Notes under the pieces: generated by a model | What the model saw: the letters and a program-made list of their open reading frames with translations, nothing else | Told to the model about the DNA's origin: nothing | Databases searched by the model: none | Shown: positions 17,436 to 27,600 of the stretch, piece after piece | Layout of the letters: every line of letters starts with the position of its first letter | Numbering within the stretch: the stretch's first letter is position 1 | Translations under genes and position numbers: made by a program | NCBI GenBank assembly: GCA_022424925.1 | Contig: JAKMGM010000007.1 | Location: 1-47,898, forward strand | Direction: 5' to 3' | Length of the DNA stretch: 47,898 nucleotides | Source: Candidatus Poseidoniaceae archaeon | Lineage (GTDB): Archaea > Thermoplasmatota > Poseidoniia > Poseidoniales > Poseidoniaceae

Positions 17436-18473
17436 ATGTCACAAACCAAGCGAATCTTGTACATCGATTCTTTGCGAGGCTTCGCCGTACTGCTCATGGT
17501 GATGGTACATGCTGCGGCAACTTGGAATCCATTTAGCGACGTCCAAGTTTCTTTGCTTGCCTATGCCGTTTCAGGTTTGGGTGGTTTAGCAGCGCCCCTG
17601 TTTGTCACCTTATTTGGTTGGGGCGTCGTTCGAACGCAATCACGGTTTCGTCAACGAATCGCACAAGCACTGTTTCTTCTGCTTGCACAGGTTGCCGTGA
17701 ATCTTACTTCTCCACATATATTCAATCCTTACACACCTGGCGTTTTATCGCTTATGGCTGTATTGACACTTGTTGTACCTTGGGTTTGTCAACGACTCGA
17801 TTTAAGTCGACCACCTACCTTTTTTGTTTTGACTGGAGCCATCTTTTCCGTTCAATTGCTCGCCACAGATATTCAGGGTACGGGACAATGGTCTGACAGA
17901 ATCGGAGATGAATCGATTACAGTAATCCTCTCCAACCTGTTCTTGACGGGCACATACCCGGTCTTCCCTTGGGTGATTTTTGCCTTTTTAGGTGCAACAA
18001 TTTCTCTTCAGCCAGAACTCGAATCAATGCCCGTGTCTTCCGCCCCATCTGTTCGAATGGGGGTAGGACTTGGTTTGCTGTATTGCACTATTACGTACGC
18101 TTATGCACTGTCCGAGAACCTTCTTTGGGCGCACCCATCTGAAGAGGCCATACTGACGTTTTTCCCAGCTAACTCACCATTCCTTATTGCAGGAATGACA
18201 GGTGTTATGCTGTCTTGGATGTTGATCCAAAGGTTTGGATTCAGTCATCTAGCCAGTGCAGGGAGGCTGTCGTTGTCCGTGTATATCGTTCATTTCATAC
18301 CCCTAACACTGATGCGTGATTTTGAGGCCACGCATCAGTGGGGATTACAAACGTCGATTGCTGCAGTAACCATCTACACGCTCGCCTGGATTCCATTCGC
18401 AGCGATGTGGCTACGGATGTGCCCGAAAGTGAGCGTAGAGACGTTACTCAAGTGGATTCGAAAATCACTCTGA
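17436..18473 (+). CDS. Acyltransferase-3 / DUF1624-like polytopic membrane protein
   Basis: The N-terminus KRILYIDSLRGFAVLLMVMVHAA matches the R..lD.lRG.A...V...H start of that superfamily. About 10 hydrophobic segments are present. Confidence 0.6.
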   Translation: MSQTKRILYIDSLRGFAVLLMVMVHAAATWNPFSDVQVSLLAYAVSGLGGLAAPLFVTLFGWGVVRTQSRFRQRIAQALFLLLAQVAVNLTSPHIFNPYTPGVLSLMAVLTLVVPWVCQRLDLSRPPTFFVLTGAIFSVQLLATDIQGTGQWSDRIGDESITVILSNLFLTGTYPVFPWVIFAFLGATISLQPELESMPVSSAPSVRMGVGLGLLYCTITYAYALSENLLWAHPSEEAILTFFPANSPFLIAGMTGVMLSWMLIQRFGFSHLASAGRLSLSVYIVHFIPLTLMRDFEATHQWGLQTSIAAVTIYTLAWIPFAAMWLRMCPKVSVETLLKWIRKSL

Positions 18474-19355
18474 AGCAGCAAGTACTTCGGTTGCTTTCTT
18501 AGCACCCATCCAAGCAACAACACCGAAACCGATCTTGTTGATGATGTCTGCAATGTTGTAAGCAACAGCCATAATTTCTGCACCGTTGTCAATCGAGACG
18601 AGGTCGACTTCAGGGCTGAAGAGGTAGCCGAGAGGGTAGATGATCCAACCGACGACGATGAACCAGCGGAGTGCGTTTGCACTCCACATGAGTTCTTCAG
18701 AAATCTTGGAGTTGTCGACACCGAGTCCGTCAGTCCATGGAGTTCCAGTTGCGACAACAATCATTGCCCAACCCATTCCACCAAGCAAGAGAGCTGGAAT
18801 AGCGCTCATAAGGCCGGCTTCACCGAGGTATCCGAATCCAATCATGATGAGAGCACCAGTGAAACAAATGCCAGTAAACCCGAGTCCTGCGACTTTCTTG
18901 TCAGTAATTGCGTCCTTACCAACCAGAGATGGGAACTTGAGTGCCATCAATGGAACTGTGATAATCCAGTCCATGTAACGGTATTCAATTGAGACTTCGC
19001 CGAAGTCAGCGTAAACTCCACGCATGTAATAATAGTGGAACGCAGCAATACCAACAATCAATGCCGAGATGGTCATTGTGGTTCGGTATTGAGGTGCAAC
19101 GTTGCTTCGCTCACTCATGAAGAAGACGAAGGCTGCACCCATTGAGATGTAACCAACGAAAAAGAGGAAGAATGTCAACATTGGCAGACCCTTTGCGACA
19201 CCATCAGCATCGTAAAGATGTGCTGGCAATCCAGTGTCTAGGTTCATTTCACCGACGCCAGCGGCGCTTACGGTGGATGCCATTGCAAGGGCAAATGTGG
19301 CAATCAAAAGCAGGCTCGTAGTTTTCGAGAATTTATCTGTAATCATGTTTCTCAT
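18465..19355 (-). CDS. Proteorhodopsin-type microbial rhodopsin (DTK motif, Met at the spectral tuning site)
   Basis: Helix C reads RYMDWIITVPLMALKF, aligning with RYIDWLLTVPLLICEF of green proteorhodopsin. Helix G reads YNIADIINKIGFG and contains the Schiff-base Lys. The His75 equivalent is present in FHYYYMRG. The track start at 19376 is GTG and directly abuts a TATA-like box, so the ATG at 19355 (or 19346) was preferred. Confidence 0.9.
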   Translation of the reverse strand: MRNMITDKFSKTTSLLLIATFALAMASTVSAAGVGEMNLDTGLPAHLYDADGVAKGLPMLTFFLFFVGYISMGAAFVFFMSERSNVAPQYRTTMTISALIVGIAAFHYYYMRGVYADFGEVSIEYRYMDWIITVPLMALKFPSLVGKDAITDKKVAGLGFTGICFTGALIMIGFGYLGEAGLMSAIPALLLGGMGWAMIVVATGTPWTDGLGVDNSKISEELMWSANALRWFIVVGWIIYPLGYLFSPEVDLVSIDNGAEIMAVAYNIADIINKIGFGVVAWMGAKKATEVLAASE

Positions 19356-19378
19356 TTCGAGGGTGGTACGCTCCACCC

Positions 19379-19386
19379 TTATAATA
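19379..19386 (-). promoter_or_regulatory. TATA-box-like element (TATTATAA on the minus strand) about 27 nt upstream of the rhodopsin ATG; implies a leaderless mRNA
   Basis: The sequence was read directly. The spacing matches the archaeal TATA-to-TSS distance (~25-27 nt). Confidence 0.35.
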
Positions 19387-19444
19387 GGATGTAAAATTCC
19401 ATGGAGACTTATAGTGTTTTTCGACGCAATTCAAATGTGCGAAA

Positions 19445-21217
19445 TTATGTTATTTGGCCGGTTTGAACTGCCCACATGCGTGAATAGATGCCGTTTTGTT
19501 GAACCAATTCATCATGCGAACCATCTTCAACAATTTCCCCATGGCTGAGAACGAGAATTCTGTCTGCGTTTCGAACTGTCGAAAGCCTATGTGCGATGAT
19601 TACAGCTGTTCTTCCCTGTGATATTTTTTCAATCGAGCGTTGAAGTGCAGCCTCGGTTTCGTTGTCAACAGCAGAAGTTGCTTCATCCAAGAGCAGCAGC
19701 GGGGCATCTTTGAGCACAGCCCTCGCAATGGCGAGCCTTTGACGTTGTCCGCCTGAGAGACGATGACCTCCTTCACCCACCAGTGTATTCCATTGCTGTG
19801 GGAGCTGTTCTACAAAATCAGCGACCTCAGCGAGCCTTGCAGCCTCGTAGACCGCATCGTCTTCAGCTGTTGGCATTCCGTACCGTATATTCTCAAGAAT
19901 AGTTGTTGGGAACAACGTAATGTGCTGATCGACAAGCGCCATTGACGAACGAAGGCGTTCTAAATTCCAATCTGGCAAATTCTTTCCAGCCCAAGATATT
20001 GTGCCAGAGTTTGGTTCAGCAAAACGTAGAAGCAGCCGAATAAGGGTTGTTTTCCCCGCTCCCGTTGAACCGACAACCCCCACCGTTTGACCCTGCACCA
20101 ATTCGAGGTTCATCTCATCGAAAACAGGGTCTCTTCCAGGATAAGCGAAATGCACATTTTCGAAAACAATTGATGAGCGCAAGATGTCATCTTTTTCCGG
20201 CAAATAGTCACCCTGCTTGACTTCCGTCGGTGAAGTCAGCACATCAAGCACTCGTGTTGAACTTGCCATGGCGCGCTGATAGAGGTCAAACGTTTCCCCA
20301 AGTCGTGTTAGCGGCCAGAGTAAGCGCTGGGTCATAAAAACGAGAACTGAATAAGCACCAACGGCAAGCGTCCCATCCAACGTCATCCAGCCACCGAGTA
20401 AGAGTGTAGCTGTAAATCCGCAGAGGATCGCCATACGAATCAGAGGCGTGAATGCTGCTGATAGCCGAATGGCCTCTCTGTTTGCTTCCCTGTAGACGTT
20501 ACTCAGCGCTTCTACGCGCTCCATTTCCCGTTCTTCAGCGGTGAAGGATTGGATTGTCGACATCCCCGAAAGGTCGTTCTCCAAGAGCGCATTCATCGCG
20601 CCCGCAGATTTTCGTACCTCAGCATATCTTGGCTCAAGACTACGCTGGTACTTGAACGAGCCCCAGATGATGACCGGTATTGGTAAAACGGCAAACAAGG
20701 CCACTTGCCATGAAATGAAAAGGAACACTGCTCCCACAACCAACACAGTCGTACTCACTTGCAGCAAGTCATTGGCGCCCTTGTCAAGAAACCGTTCGAG
20801 TTGATTGATATCGTCGTTGAGGATGGCCAGAATATCACCTTTTTGCCGTTCATCAAACCATCCCATGCCTTGTTTTTGAACATGGTCAAAGGTGTCCAAC
20901 CTCAATTCGTGCTGTACCGTTTGCGCTAAGTTTCGCCATAAAATGCCGTAGAAGTATTCGAATAACGATTCAAGACCCCATATGACAAAGGTTAGTACTG
21001 AAAGGAAAATCAACTGATGCCACGGGTCTTGAAGTCCGTACGAAGCCAAGAAGGAATCTTCTCTCAGCACGACGACATCAACCGCTAAGCCAATCAACAA
21101 TGGTGGTGCAAGGTCCCAGATTTTGTTGGTGATTGAACACGCTGACGCTAAACGAATCGTCGCCTTGTGTGAACTCATGTGCCCGAGCAGGCGTCTGAAT
21201 GGCCCAACTTCAGTCAT
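19445..21217 (-). CDS. ABC exporter, fused permease/ATPase (ABCB/MsbA-like)
   Basis: A six-helix TMD is followed by an NBD with Walker A GSTGAGKTT, signature LSGGQRQR and Walker B LLLLDEATS. Confidence 0.9.
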   Translation of the reverse strand: MTEVGPFRRLLGHMSSHKATIRLASACSITNKIWDLAPPLLIGLAVDVVVLREDSFLASYGLQDPWHQLIFLSVLTFVIWGLESLFEYFYGILWRNLAQTVQHELRLDTFDHVQKQGMGWFDERQKGDILAILNDDINQLERFLDKGANDLLQVSTTVLVVGAVFLFISWQVALFAVLPIPVIIWGSFKYQRSLEPRYAEVRKSAGAMNALLENDLSGMSTIQSFTAEEREMERVEALSNVYREANREAIRLSAAFTPLIRMAILCGFTATLLLGGWMTLDGTLAVGAYSVLVFMTQRLLWPLTRLGETFDLYQRAMASSTRVLDVLTSPTEVKQGDYLPEKDDILRSSIVFENVHFAYPGRDPVFDEMNLELVQGQTVGVVGSTGAGKTTLIRLLLRFAEPNSGTISWAGKNLPDWNLERLRSSMALVDQHITLFPTTILENIRYGMPTAEDDAVYEAARLAEVADFVEQLPQQWNTLVGEGGHRLSGGQRQRLAIARAVLKDAPLLLLDEATSAVDNETEAALQRSIEKISQGRTAVIIAHRLSTVRNADRILVLSHGEIVEDGSHDELVQQNGIYSRMWAVQTGQIT

Positions 21218-21324
21218 AATTCACCCACGTGGAGGGGGTATGAGAACTCTGTGTATGCCAATTTTTTGAACTCGTTATCCGTAATGCCTATGCTGTGGGC
21301 TTCCAACGCCTTGTTGGGGATGAC

Positions 21325-22134
21325 ATGCGAAGGCCAAATTCGACCACGCTGGAATATGTCACTTCCACCAACGGAAGGACACGACACATTACGCTGATTG
21401 ACCCTGCTAAACAAGACGCTCATACTGCTGCCAACCGTGCAATGATTGCCGTTGAATGCGGCAGCAGCATGATTTTTGTTGGAGGTTCTACCGATACCCC
21501 GGACGAGGTTGTACACGCAACCTGTAAGGCGATTCAAGAAGCCTTTGAACTCCGCGCATTCGCATCCAGTCAAGACCCAGAATCTGATGAAGACCAGTGG
21601 CATATCCCCGTGGTCTTGTTCCCGGGGGGCGCACACGCCCTCTCCCCAGCAGCAGATGCCATCACATTCATGATGCTCATGAACTCGAACACACGTCGAT
21701 TTTTGATTGGTGAGCAAATTCGCGGCGCACCGTATTTGGAGAAATTTGGTGTCGAACCATTGCCAACAGGCTATCTCGTATGCGCTCCCGGCGGCAGAGT
21801 GGGTGAAGTCGGCGACGCAGAATTAATTCAGCCAGACGACACTGAACTCGTCCACGCTTATGCGCTTACAGCGCGCATGTTTGGATTCAAACTGCTTTAT
21901 CTTGAAGCGGGCAGTGGTGCTGAAAGCCAAGTTCACCCTACACTTATCGAAAAAGCCCGCACTGTAGCAGGGTTGACATTGGTAGTCGGCGGAGGTATCC
22001 GCAGTTCTGAGCAGGCGGCTCTAGCAGCAGATGCCGGCGCAGATTGGATTGTTACGGGAACGCTCACTGAAGATGCAAACGACCTTGACGAACTCCGTCA
22101 ACGCATCCGTAGCATTGTAGAGGCGATTCAATAG
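21325..22134 (+). CDS. Geranylgeranylglyceryl phosphate synthase (PcrB/GGGPS family)
   Basis: Family motifs are present: HITLIDP, VGGS, VVLFPGG, LYLEAGSGA and GGGIRS...GADWIVTG. The GTG at 21295 is an alternative start. Confidence 0.88.
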   Translation: MRRPNSTTLEYVTSTNGRTRHITLIDPAKQDAHTAANRAMIAVECGSSMIFVGGSTDTPDEVVHATCKAIQEAFELRAFASSQDPESDEDQWHIPVVLFPGGAHALSPAADAITFMMLMNSNTRRFLIGEQIRGAPYLEKFGVEPLPTGYLVCAPGGRVGEVGDAELIQPDDTELVHAYALTARMFGFKLLYLEAGSGAESQVHPTLIEKARTVAGLTLVVGGGIRSSEQAALAADAGADWIVTGTLTEDANDLDELRQRIRSIVEAIQ

Positions 22135-22136
22135 GA

Positions 22137-23402
22137 TTAATCCTCGTCTTCAAAGACAACAGGGTCTCCCGTCCCACCAGGTGAAGGCGGCCGAGCATCC
22201 TCAACTTCCATTCCTGGCTTAATGGGCTGTTCATTCACGTCAAGATTGACGCGACCACCCTCAGCAAGCGTGGCCATGTCGTCTGTATCAGGAGTTGAGA
22301 GTGTGCGCCTCACATCGGGTGCGTTACTGTACGCATCTCGCTTCGCTTCGCGAGCATCATGCGTTCGAACCAAAGACAAGGAATCGGCAAACACTCGACC
22401 GACAACTTCCCGAGTACGCTCGCCTCTGCGAACCGAATCCAGTTCATGGACCATTGTTTCACGCTGACCCTCGAGTTCGCGCAGTTCTGCAGTTCGGTCC
22501 TGTAATGCTGCTTCCATGTCCGTGAGCGTGAGTGTAATCTGCTGAATACGTTCGTCGCGCTCAAAGACATCGTTATGCAATCGCCTCTCTCTCCTGCGTA
22601 GCGAGTCATATTCTCGGTTTCTCTCGAGAAGCCTTCGCTTAAGTTCTTCAATTTGTTCAACGAGGTAGTCGTGCTCTGCAGAAACCGACCGAGGCCCCTG
22701 CATGACACGCTCCAATTGTTCTTCGAGCTCCCCTAGTCGACCATCACGCGCATCAAGGAGGCCTCGTAGCCGATCAGCAATATCCCGCAACCGTTGTCGT
22801 TCTTCTTCAAGAGCTTTGTTTGCTGCTTGCTCCGCTTCGTTTTGTGCAAGGGCGGTGTCGAGCTTCGACTTGAGACTTCGAACTTCCTCAGCGGTGACTG
22901 AAGTGAGTCCAGCATCAGCCGCCCGCTCCAGTGCTTCGACCATTTGTGAAATACGTCCTTCCATCTCACCAATTACTTCGTCCTGCTGTGTGGTTAGGGT
23001 TCGTAGTTGTTCGACCTCATGTGCCGCCGCCGCTCGTTCTTCATGGGATATTGAGGATTGTTGGGATGCCAACTCTTCTCGAACATCTCCGAGCAGCCTT
23101 TCAAGATGGATGACCTTTGCTTCGCTTTCTTGGAGGGCTGAATCCGTTTCAGCCAGGCGCGCCACTTCAGGCGCAACCATGTCTTCACGCTCAGCCAAGT
23201 CAAGTTCCAGAACTCGCAACCGTTGTTTTACTGAAACCATTTCCTCGTTCCGAGCAGCGAGCTCATTCCAAGCGATGAGAACTTCCTCGACAAGTTGTTC
23301 AACCGGGTATCCTTTGAGCATGCCTTCGAGGGCTGCACGCTCATCGCCACTCGCATCACCGATACGGTTGATTCCACTGGTTCCGGAAGAGTCGAGCGTC
23401 AT
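22137..23402 (-). CDS. Coiled-coil protein (~350 aa of heptad-like E/R/L/A/Q sequence) with acidic Pro-rich tail
   Basis: The composition and periodicity fit a coiled coil (e.g. LEEQLERVMQ, IEELKRRLLERNREYDSLRRRERRL). It has no TM segment and no enzymatic motif. It lies on the same strand, 93 nt downstream of the actin-like gene. Confidence 0.7.
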   Translation of the reverse strand: MTLDSSGTSGINRIGDASGDERAALEGMLKGYPVEQLVEEVLIAWNELAARNEEMVSVKQRLRVLELDLAEREDMVAPEVARLAETDSALQESEAKVIHLERLLGDVREELASQQSSISHEERAAAAHEVEQLRTLTTQQDEVIGEMEGRISQMVEALERAADAGLTSVTAEEVRSLKSKLDTALAQNEAEQAANKALEEERQRLRDIADRLRGLLDARDGRLGELEEQLERVMQGPRSVSAEHDYLVEQIEELKRRLLERNREYDSLRRRERRLHNDVFERDERIQQITLTLTDMEAALQDRTAELRELEGQRETMVHELDSVRRGERTREVVGRVFADSLSLVRTHDAREAKRDAYSNAPDVRRTLSTPDTDDMATLAEGGRVNLDVNEQPIKPGMEVEDARPPSPGGTGDPVVFEDED

Positions 23403-23495
23403 ACAAGCGTCTATCGCCGCACAACCACACTTGAACTTTCGCCATCAAAAGGCGTCTTAGATGGCTGGTTTTCCACCCTTGCTTTGCTACCGACA

Positions 23496-24500
23496 TCAGT
23501 TGATTGCGGTGAACATATCGTCTGGCATTTCTCCAGCGAGTTGAAGGGCGCCAGTAGCAACGGCGTTGATTGGGTCGTCAACACACCATACATTGACATC
23601 ACCGATATCTGAGATTTCGTCAGCCATACGGGCGGCAATGCCTTCGATGAGGGAGCCACCACCGGACAAAATGATGTTGTTACGTAGGACTGGTTGGTAT
23701 TCGGGGTCTGCGCCTGCGACGATTCGCTTGATGGCGTTACCGATCTTTGGAATAATGAGTTCACAAGCTTTGTTGACCAGGTCTCCGATATCGACAACCT
23801 GCTTTTTCCCCTCAACTGAGAGTTCAACCATTGCTTCGCGATCATCAGAACCAACATAGGACACTTCTTCTTTCCACTTTCGAACCATGTCTTTTGTGAC
23901 TTGAGCGCCCGTGTACTTCTTTCGAATGAGTTCCATGAGTTCGTTGTCCAACCAGTCTCCTGCTTCTTGGATGGTGACTTGGTCTTCATCGGTTGGGAAT
24001 GTACCGTAAATGCGCGCAATATCGGTTGTTCCTGCGCCAATGTCGACGACGATTGAACTTGCGATTTCTCCGATTCCGAAAGCGGTTGCAAACGGCTCTG
24101 TGACGACCATGATGGCGTTTACCTGACCGCGTAGCGTAGCGACGAGGTTTGACTTGTCAGTGAACGACACGTGACTTGGTGAGCAAATAACGCCAAAAAC
24201 CTCGTCGAATTCTTCAGGGTCTACGGTTTCTAGAAGATGTGAAACGAAGGCCTTCGCAGCCGCAAGGTTCGCTTCGTCATCTTGAGCAACACCTGCAGCC
24301 ATTGGGCGGTAAAGGTTGCAGGCAAGTTTGTTTTTGAGTGCATCGTTTCCGAACAACACATCGCGTCCAAGGAAGTTACGGGCAACCGGGTCTTTCGGTC
24401 GACCGACTACGGTTTCGATTGTGTGGCTGATTCCAGCGCTTGATGCAATTGTAGATTGGTAGGTACCTAGGTCGATTCCAACATATAGACGGTCACTCAT
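23496..24500 (-). CDS. Actin-fold ATPase of the MamK/MreB type
   Basis: The motifs are phosphate-1 YVGIDLGTYQS, phosphate-2 VVDIGAGTTDIA and adenosine NIILSGGGSLIEGIA, plus VVGRPKDP and VVTEPFATAFG. From memory, the DIGAGTTD / GGGS pattern is closer to MamK than to MreB (DIGGGTTE). The ATG at 24500 is preceded by GGAAGGTGAAG (SD-like). Confidence 0.85.
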   Translation of the reverse strand: MSDRLYVGIDLGTYQSTIASSAGISHTIETVVGRPKDPVARNFLGRDVLFGNDALKNKLACNLYRPMAAGVAQDDEANLAAAKAFVSHLLETVDPEEFDEVFGVICSPSHVSFTDKSNLVATLRGQVNAIMVVTEPFATAFGIGEIASSIVVDIGAGTTDIARIYGTFPTDEDQVTIQEAGDWLDNELMELIRKKYTGAQVTKDMVRKWKEEVSYVGSDDREAMVELSVEGKKQVVDIGDLVNKACELIIPKIGNAIKRIVAGADPEYQPVLRNNIILSGGGSLIEGIAARMADEISDIGDVNVWCVDDPINAVATGALQLAGEMPDDMFTAIN

Positions 24501-24614
24501 ATTCTTCACCTTCCGCTTTGCGGATGTATCGGCGAGTATGCCACCACCCTTCAAGGTTCACCTTTGTACATATTGCTTCTTTTACCACTCAATGCACACA
24601 TAATCTATGCGCAA

Positions 24615-27600
24615 TCACTCGTTTTCATCCGCTTCTTGACCGTCGTAACCGGCCGTATCAACGGCGAATGCCGGCACTCGTTTTTGGTTGGGTGATGTAT
24701 GGCGCACATTCCATCCTAATTGATACATCACGAGAATCCCGCCCAGTATTCCAAAAACACCCCACATCAAGGCTCTGGTTTGCGACGCCCGCCCCTGAAC
24801 ACCCTCTCTGACCTCATCTTCGACTTCGAGAAGCGGATTGTTCCACTCGCTGGTGAAAGTCGCCTCATCACGAACAAGAACCGTGTCTCGCTTTGCTTCT
24901 GGTGAACCGTTGCGTGATTGTATAAAGATTTCAATTTGCAGAGGTTGGCCTCGGATATCCCACACAGGCAAGTCATTCGGAATTTCCCACAAACAAGAGA
25001 ATGTACCGTTCTGCACGTTGGTTTTCGCACATGACGCAATTGGATATGCGTTGCTTGTATCGGACAGGTTCACAACTTGAATGGAAGCACCCGTGTCAAA
25101 AGCATCCCCCTCCACATCGTGCGCAACCCATTCCACAACCAATTCATCATACCACACACCACCGTCTTGGGGGGATAAAACAAAGTCAACAACTGGCAAT
25201 GAATCGACCGGCCTACAGCCGTTTGAATCGACGGGCCAAAAAATTGTAACGACTTCAGTGAAACACCGGTCGAGGTTATCGAGGACACCATCACCGTCTG
25301 TATCATCGATGCAGCCGTCATTGTTTGCATCAAAATTGAGCGAATGCTGTTCGGGACATACATCGTTTGCATCGTTAACCGAGTCACCATCCGAATCATC
25401 GATACATCCATCTTCATTCACGTCCCAGTCCCGAGCATTCTCATTTGGGCACCCATCCACCGCATTAGCCACGCCATCCCCATCATCATCACTCCACGCT
25501 TGCGAATCCCGATGGACACCCTTCACTGCGAGTGCAAAACCTTGCCGATCGCCGTCAATCCCTACCGAACCTTGCTGATTTCCTGGAGTGATGTAACGGG
25601 CTCGCACCTCGATATCAACCCATTCTATTCCAGTCAAATCTTCTGGGGAGAGCGATACTGCAACGGTGGTTTCATTCCTGTTTGGAAACGATGTCGTGTT
25701 TGAAAAATCGACAACATTGGAAAAGAACAGCGTTGAATCTCCATCAGATTGGAATTCTCCAGCAAGCGCTTCAGTTCCGTCAGAGAGTCTGACGATGAGC
25801 TGCAAATCTTGTACCAGATACGGTTCAGGCGAAGAAGGCCACGCAAGCCGCACATCAAGGTGTTCACCGTTGAGTTCAAACCGTTTCGTCCACTGCTCAC
25901 CCGTTTTCAGAAACGGACCCGCTGCATCCGTTGCGTTCCACGGCATGGCATGTAAATTTTCCAACGCGTCGTCTGTGCCATTGCGCTGAACCAACCACTC
26001 AGCAGGACTTTTGTCTGCAAGCCGATAGGAATCGTGAATCCACAGGTCGGAGGTCGGAGAAACATTTCCGCGATGCAGTGCATTCTCCACTGCGGCCAAA
26101 TCAATGAGTTCTGAGAGATTTAATTGCCCCCACCCATCGTGTTCATTTTGCAACTGATACCCACCTTCACCCCCGTTTCTTTCTTGCTGGGAAAGCTGTG
26201 TTGTTGAGAGTGCGAGAAGGCTTCGTAGCAATGCGCCTGATGGGGTGAAACCTTCAGCAAGTTCAAGGTTGTTTGAACTGTTCAGCAATGGGTCTGCCCA
26301 AACAGGTCGCAACTGACTGACTGGTGTTGCGGTGCGACTCTCATATCCAGAAATCCAACCGTCTTCGACCAATTGCTGCAGGATTGCAGCAACGCCAGCG
26401 GCTGCTGGCGTCGACATACTTGTACCGGATGAAGAGCGCAATGCATCGTTGTAAGAATCCGGAATGCCGTCTGCACGCGCTGATTGAATCGATGTCCCGG
26501 GTGCAAGTGCAAAAATACCGTTCGTTCCTGCTTCGGTTGGCCCGATTGATGAAGAAGGCCATACCGACATTGACGGCGATTTCACTGAAGCACCGACGGC
26601 CACAACGTTCCTACCATTTGCAGGCTCGAGTAACTGCCCCCCATTGTTACCTGGTGCAACAAACGCAAGCGACCAAGGCATTTCGAGAGCCCATGCGTCG
26701 AAGTCGGCGGTTCGCGCAGTATACTCTGTAGTAGCGTCACCCCAAGAATTCGAATGGATAACTGCTCCGTGCGTACCCGCTTCAACAAACAGTGCATCGA
26801 CATCCGGTGGAACCCACCCCTCATCTGAGACAATATCTTGGAACACGAGCATGCTTTCGTGCGCCAGTGCCGAACCGTTCTTTGGCTCAGTATTTGAGCG
26901 CATATTGTACACATTGTAGCATGAAAGGGTGCCTGCAACATGCGTACCGTGGCGATAATCCGAGTGTCCATTTGTATCTCCTGAATCAATCGTATGGTTG
27001 ACTGCAAGAATTTTCCGATGACTGCCGCCCGGTTCGCCCACGCCATCTGTGCCGTTGGAACCCACCTCTCCAATCGTGGTAGCATTCCGGAAACATGCAT
27101 GGTCGTAATCGATTCCTGAATCTGCAGCCGCTACAACAATACCCGTTCCGTTTAGCCCCAATTCCCATGCAGGATTTGCGGACGTTTTTCCATGCTGAAT
27201 GAGCGACGCGGCAAGTGAGTTACGCCCGACGGTTTCGAGAACCGGTTCAATCCACAAAACACCGTCGAGAGTATGAAGATGGGGATGCCGTGCAAAGGTT
27301 TTCCACTCGATCACCTCGGTATGCGGCATGGGTGTTGAATACGCGTCGATATTTGGATTGATGTTGAAATTTACCGCCTCAAACGCTCGAAGCAGTTGGT
27401 GCACTGCGTCTTCAGGAAGGCGCGGCTCAAAGACTATTTTCACGTGTTCGACACCACTACCGCCAACCAATCCTTTGATCTCAGGCGCTGGCGCATCATG
27501 TGTTTCGAATACCGAAGAAGGCGTATAGGTGCCACTTCGCCAGACAAGAATTTGGTTTGGAGTAACCACCCTCAGTGGAGTGTGGCCTGAACCCTCAAGT

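Noticed and set aside
22702-23460. 252-aa plus-strand ORF rich in Ser/Arg/Ala
   Set aside because: It is an antisense shadow of the coiled-coil gene. GAG/CTC/CGC-rich coiled-coil codons give long stop-free reverse frames, and the composition is low-complexity.
23411-24091. 226-aa minus-strand ORF overlapping the actin-like gene
   Set aside because: It is an alternative frame of the same strand. The actin frame carries all the conserved motifs, and this frame carries none.
25081-27100. 165-aa plus-strand and 172-aa minus-strand ORFs inside the S8 protease gene
   Set aside because: They are nested alternative frames. The protease frame is continuous and contains the catalytic triad.
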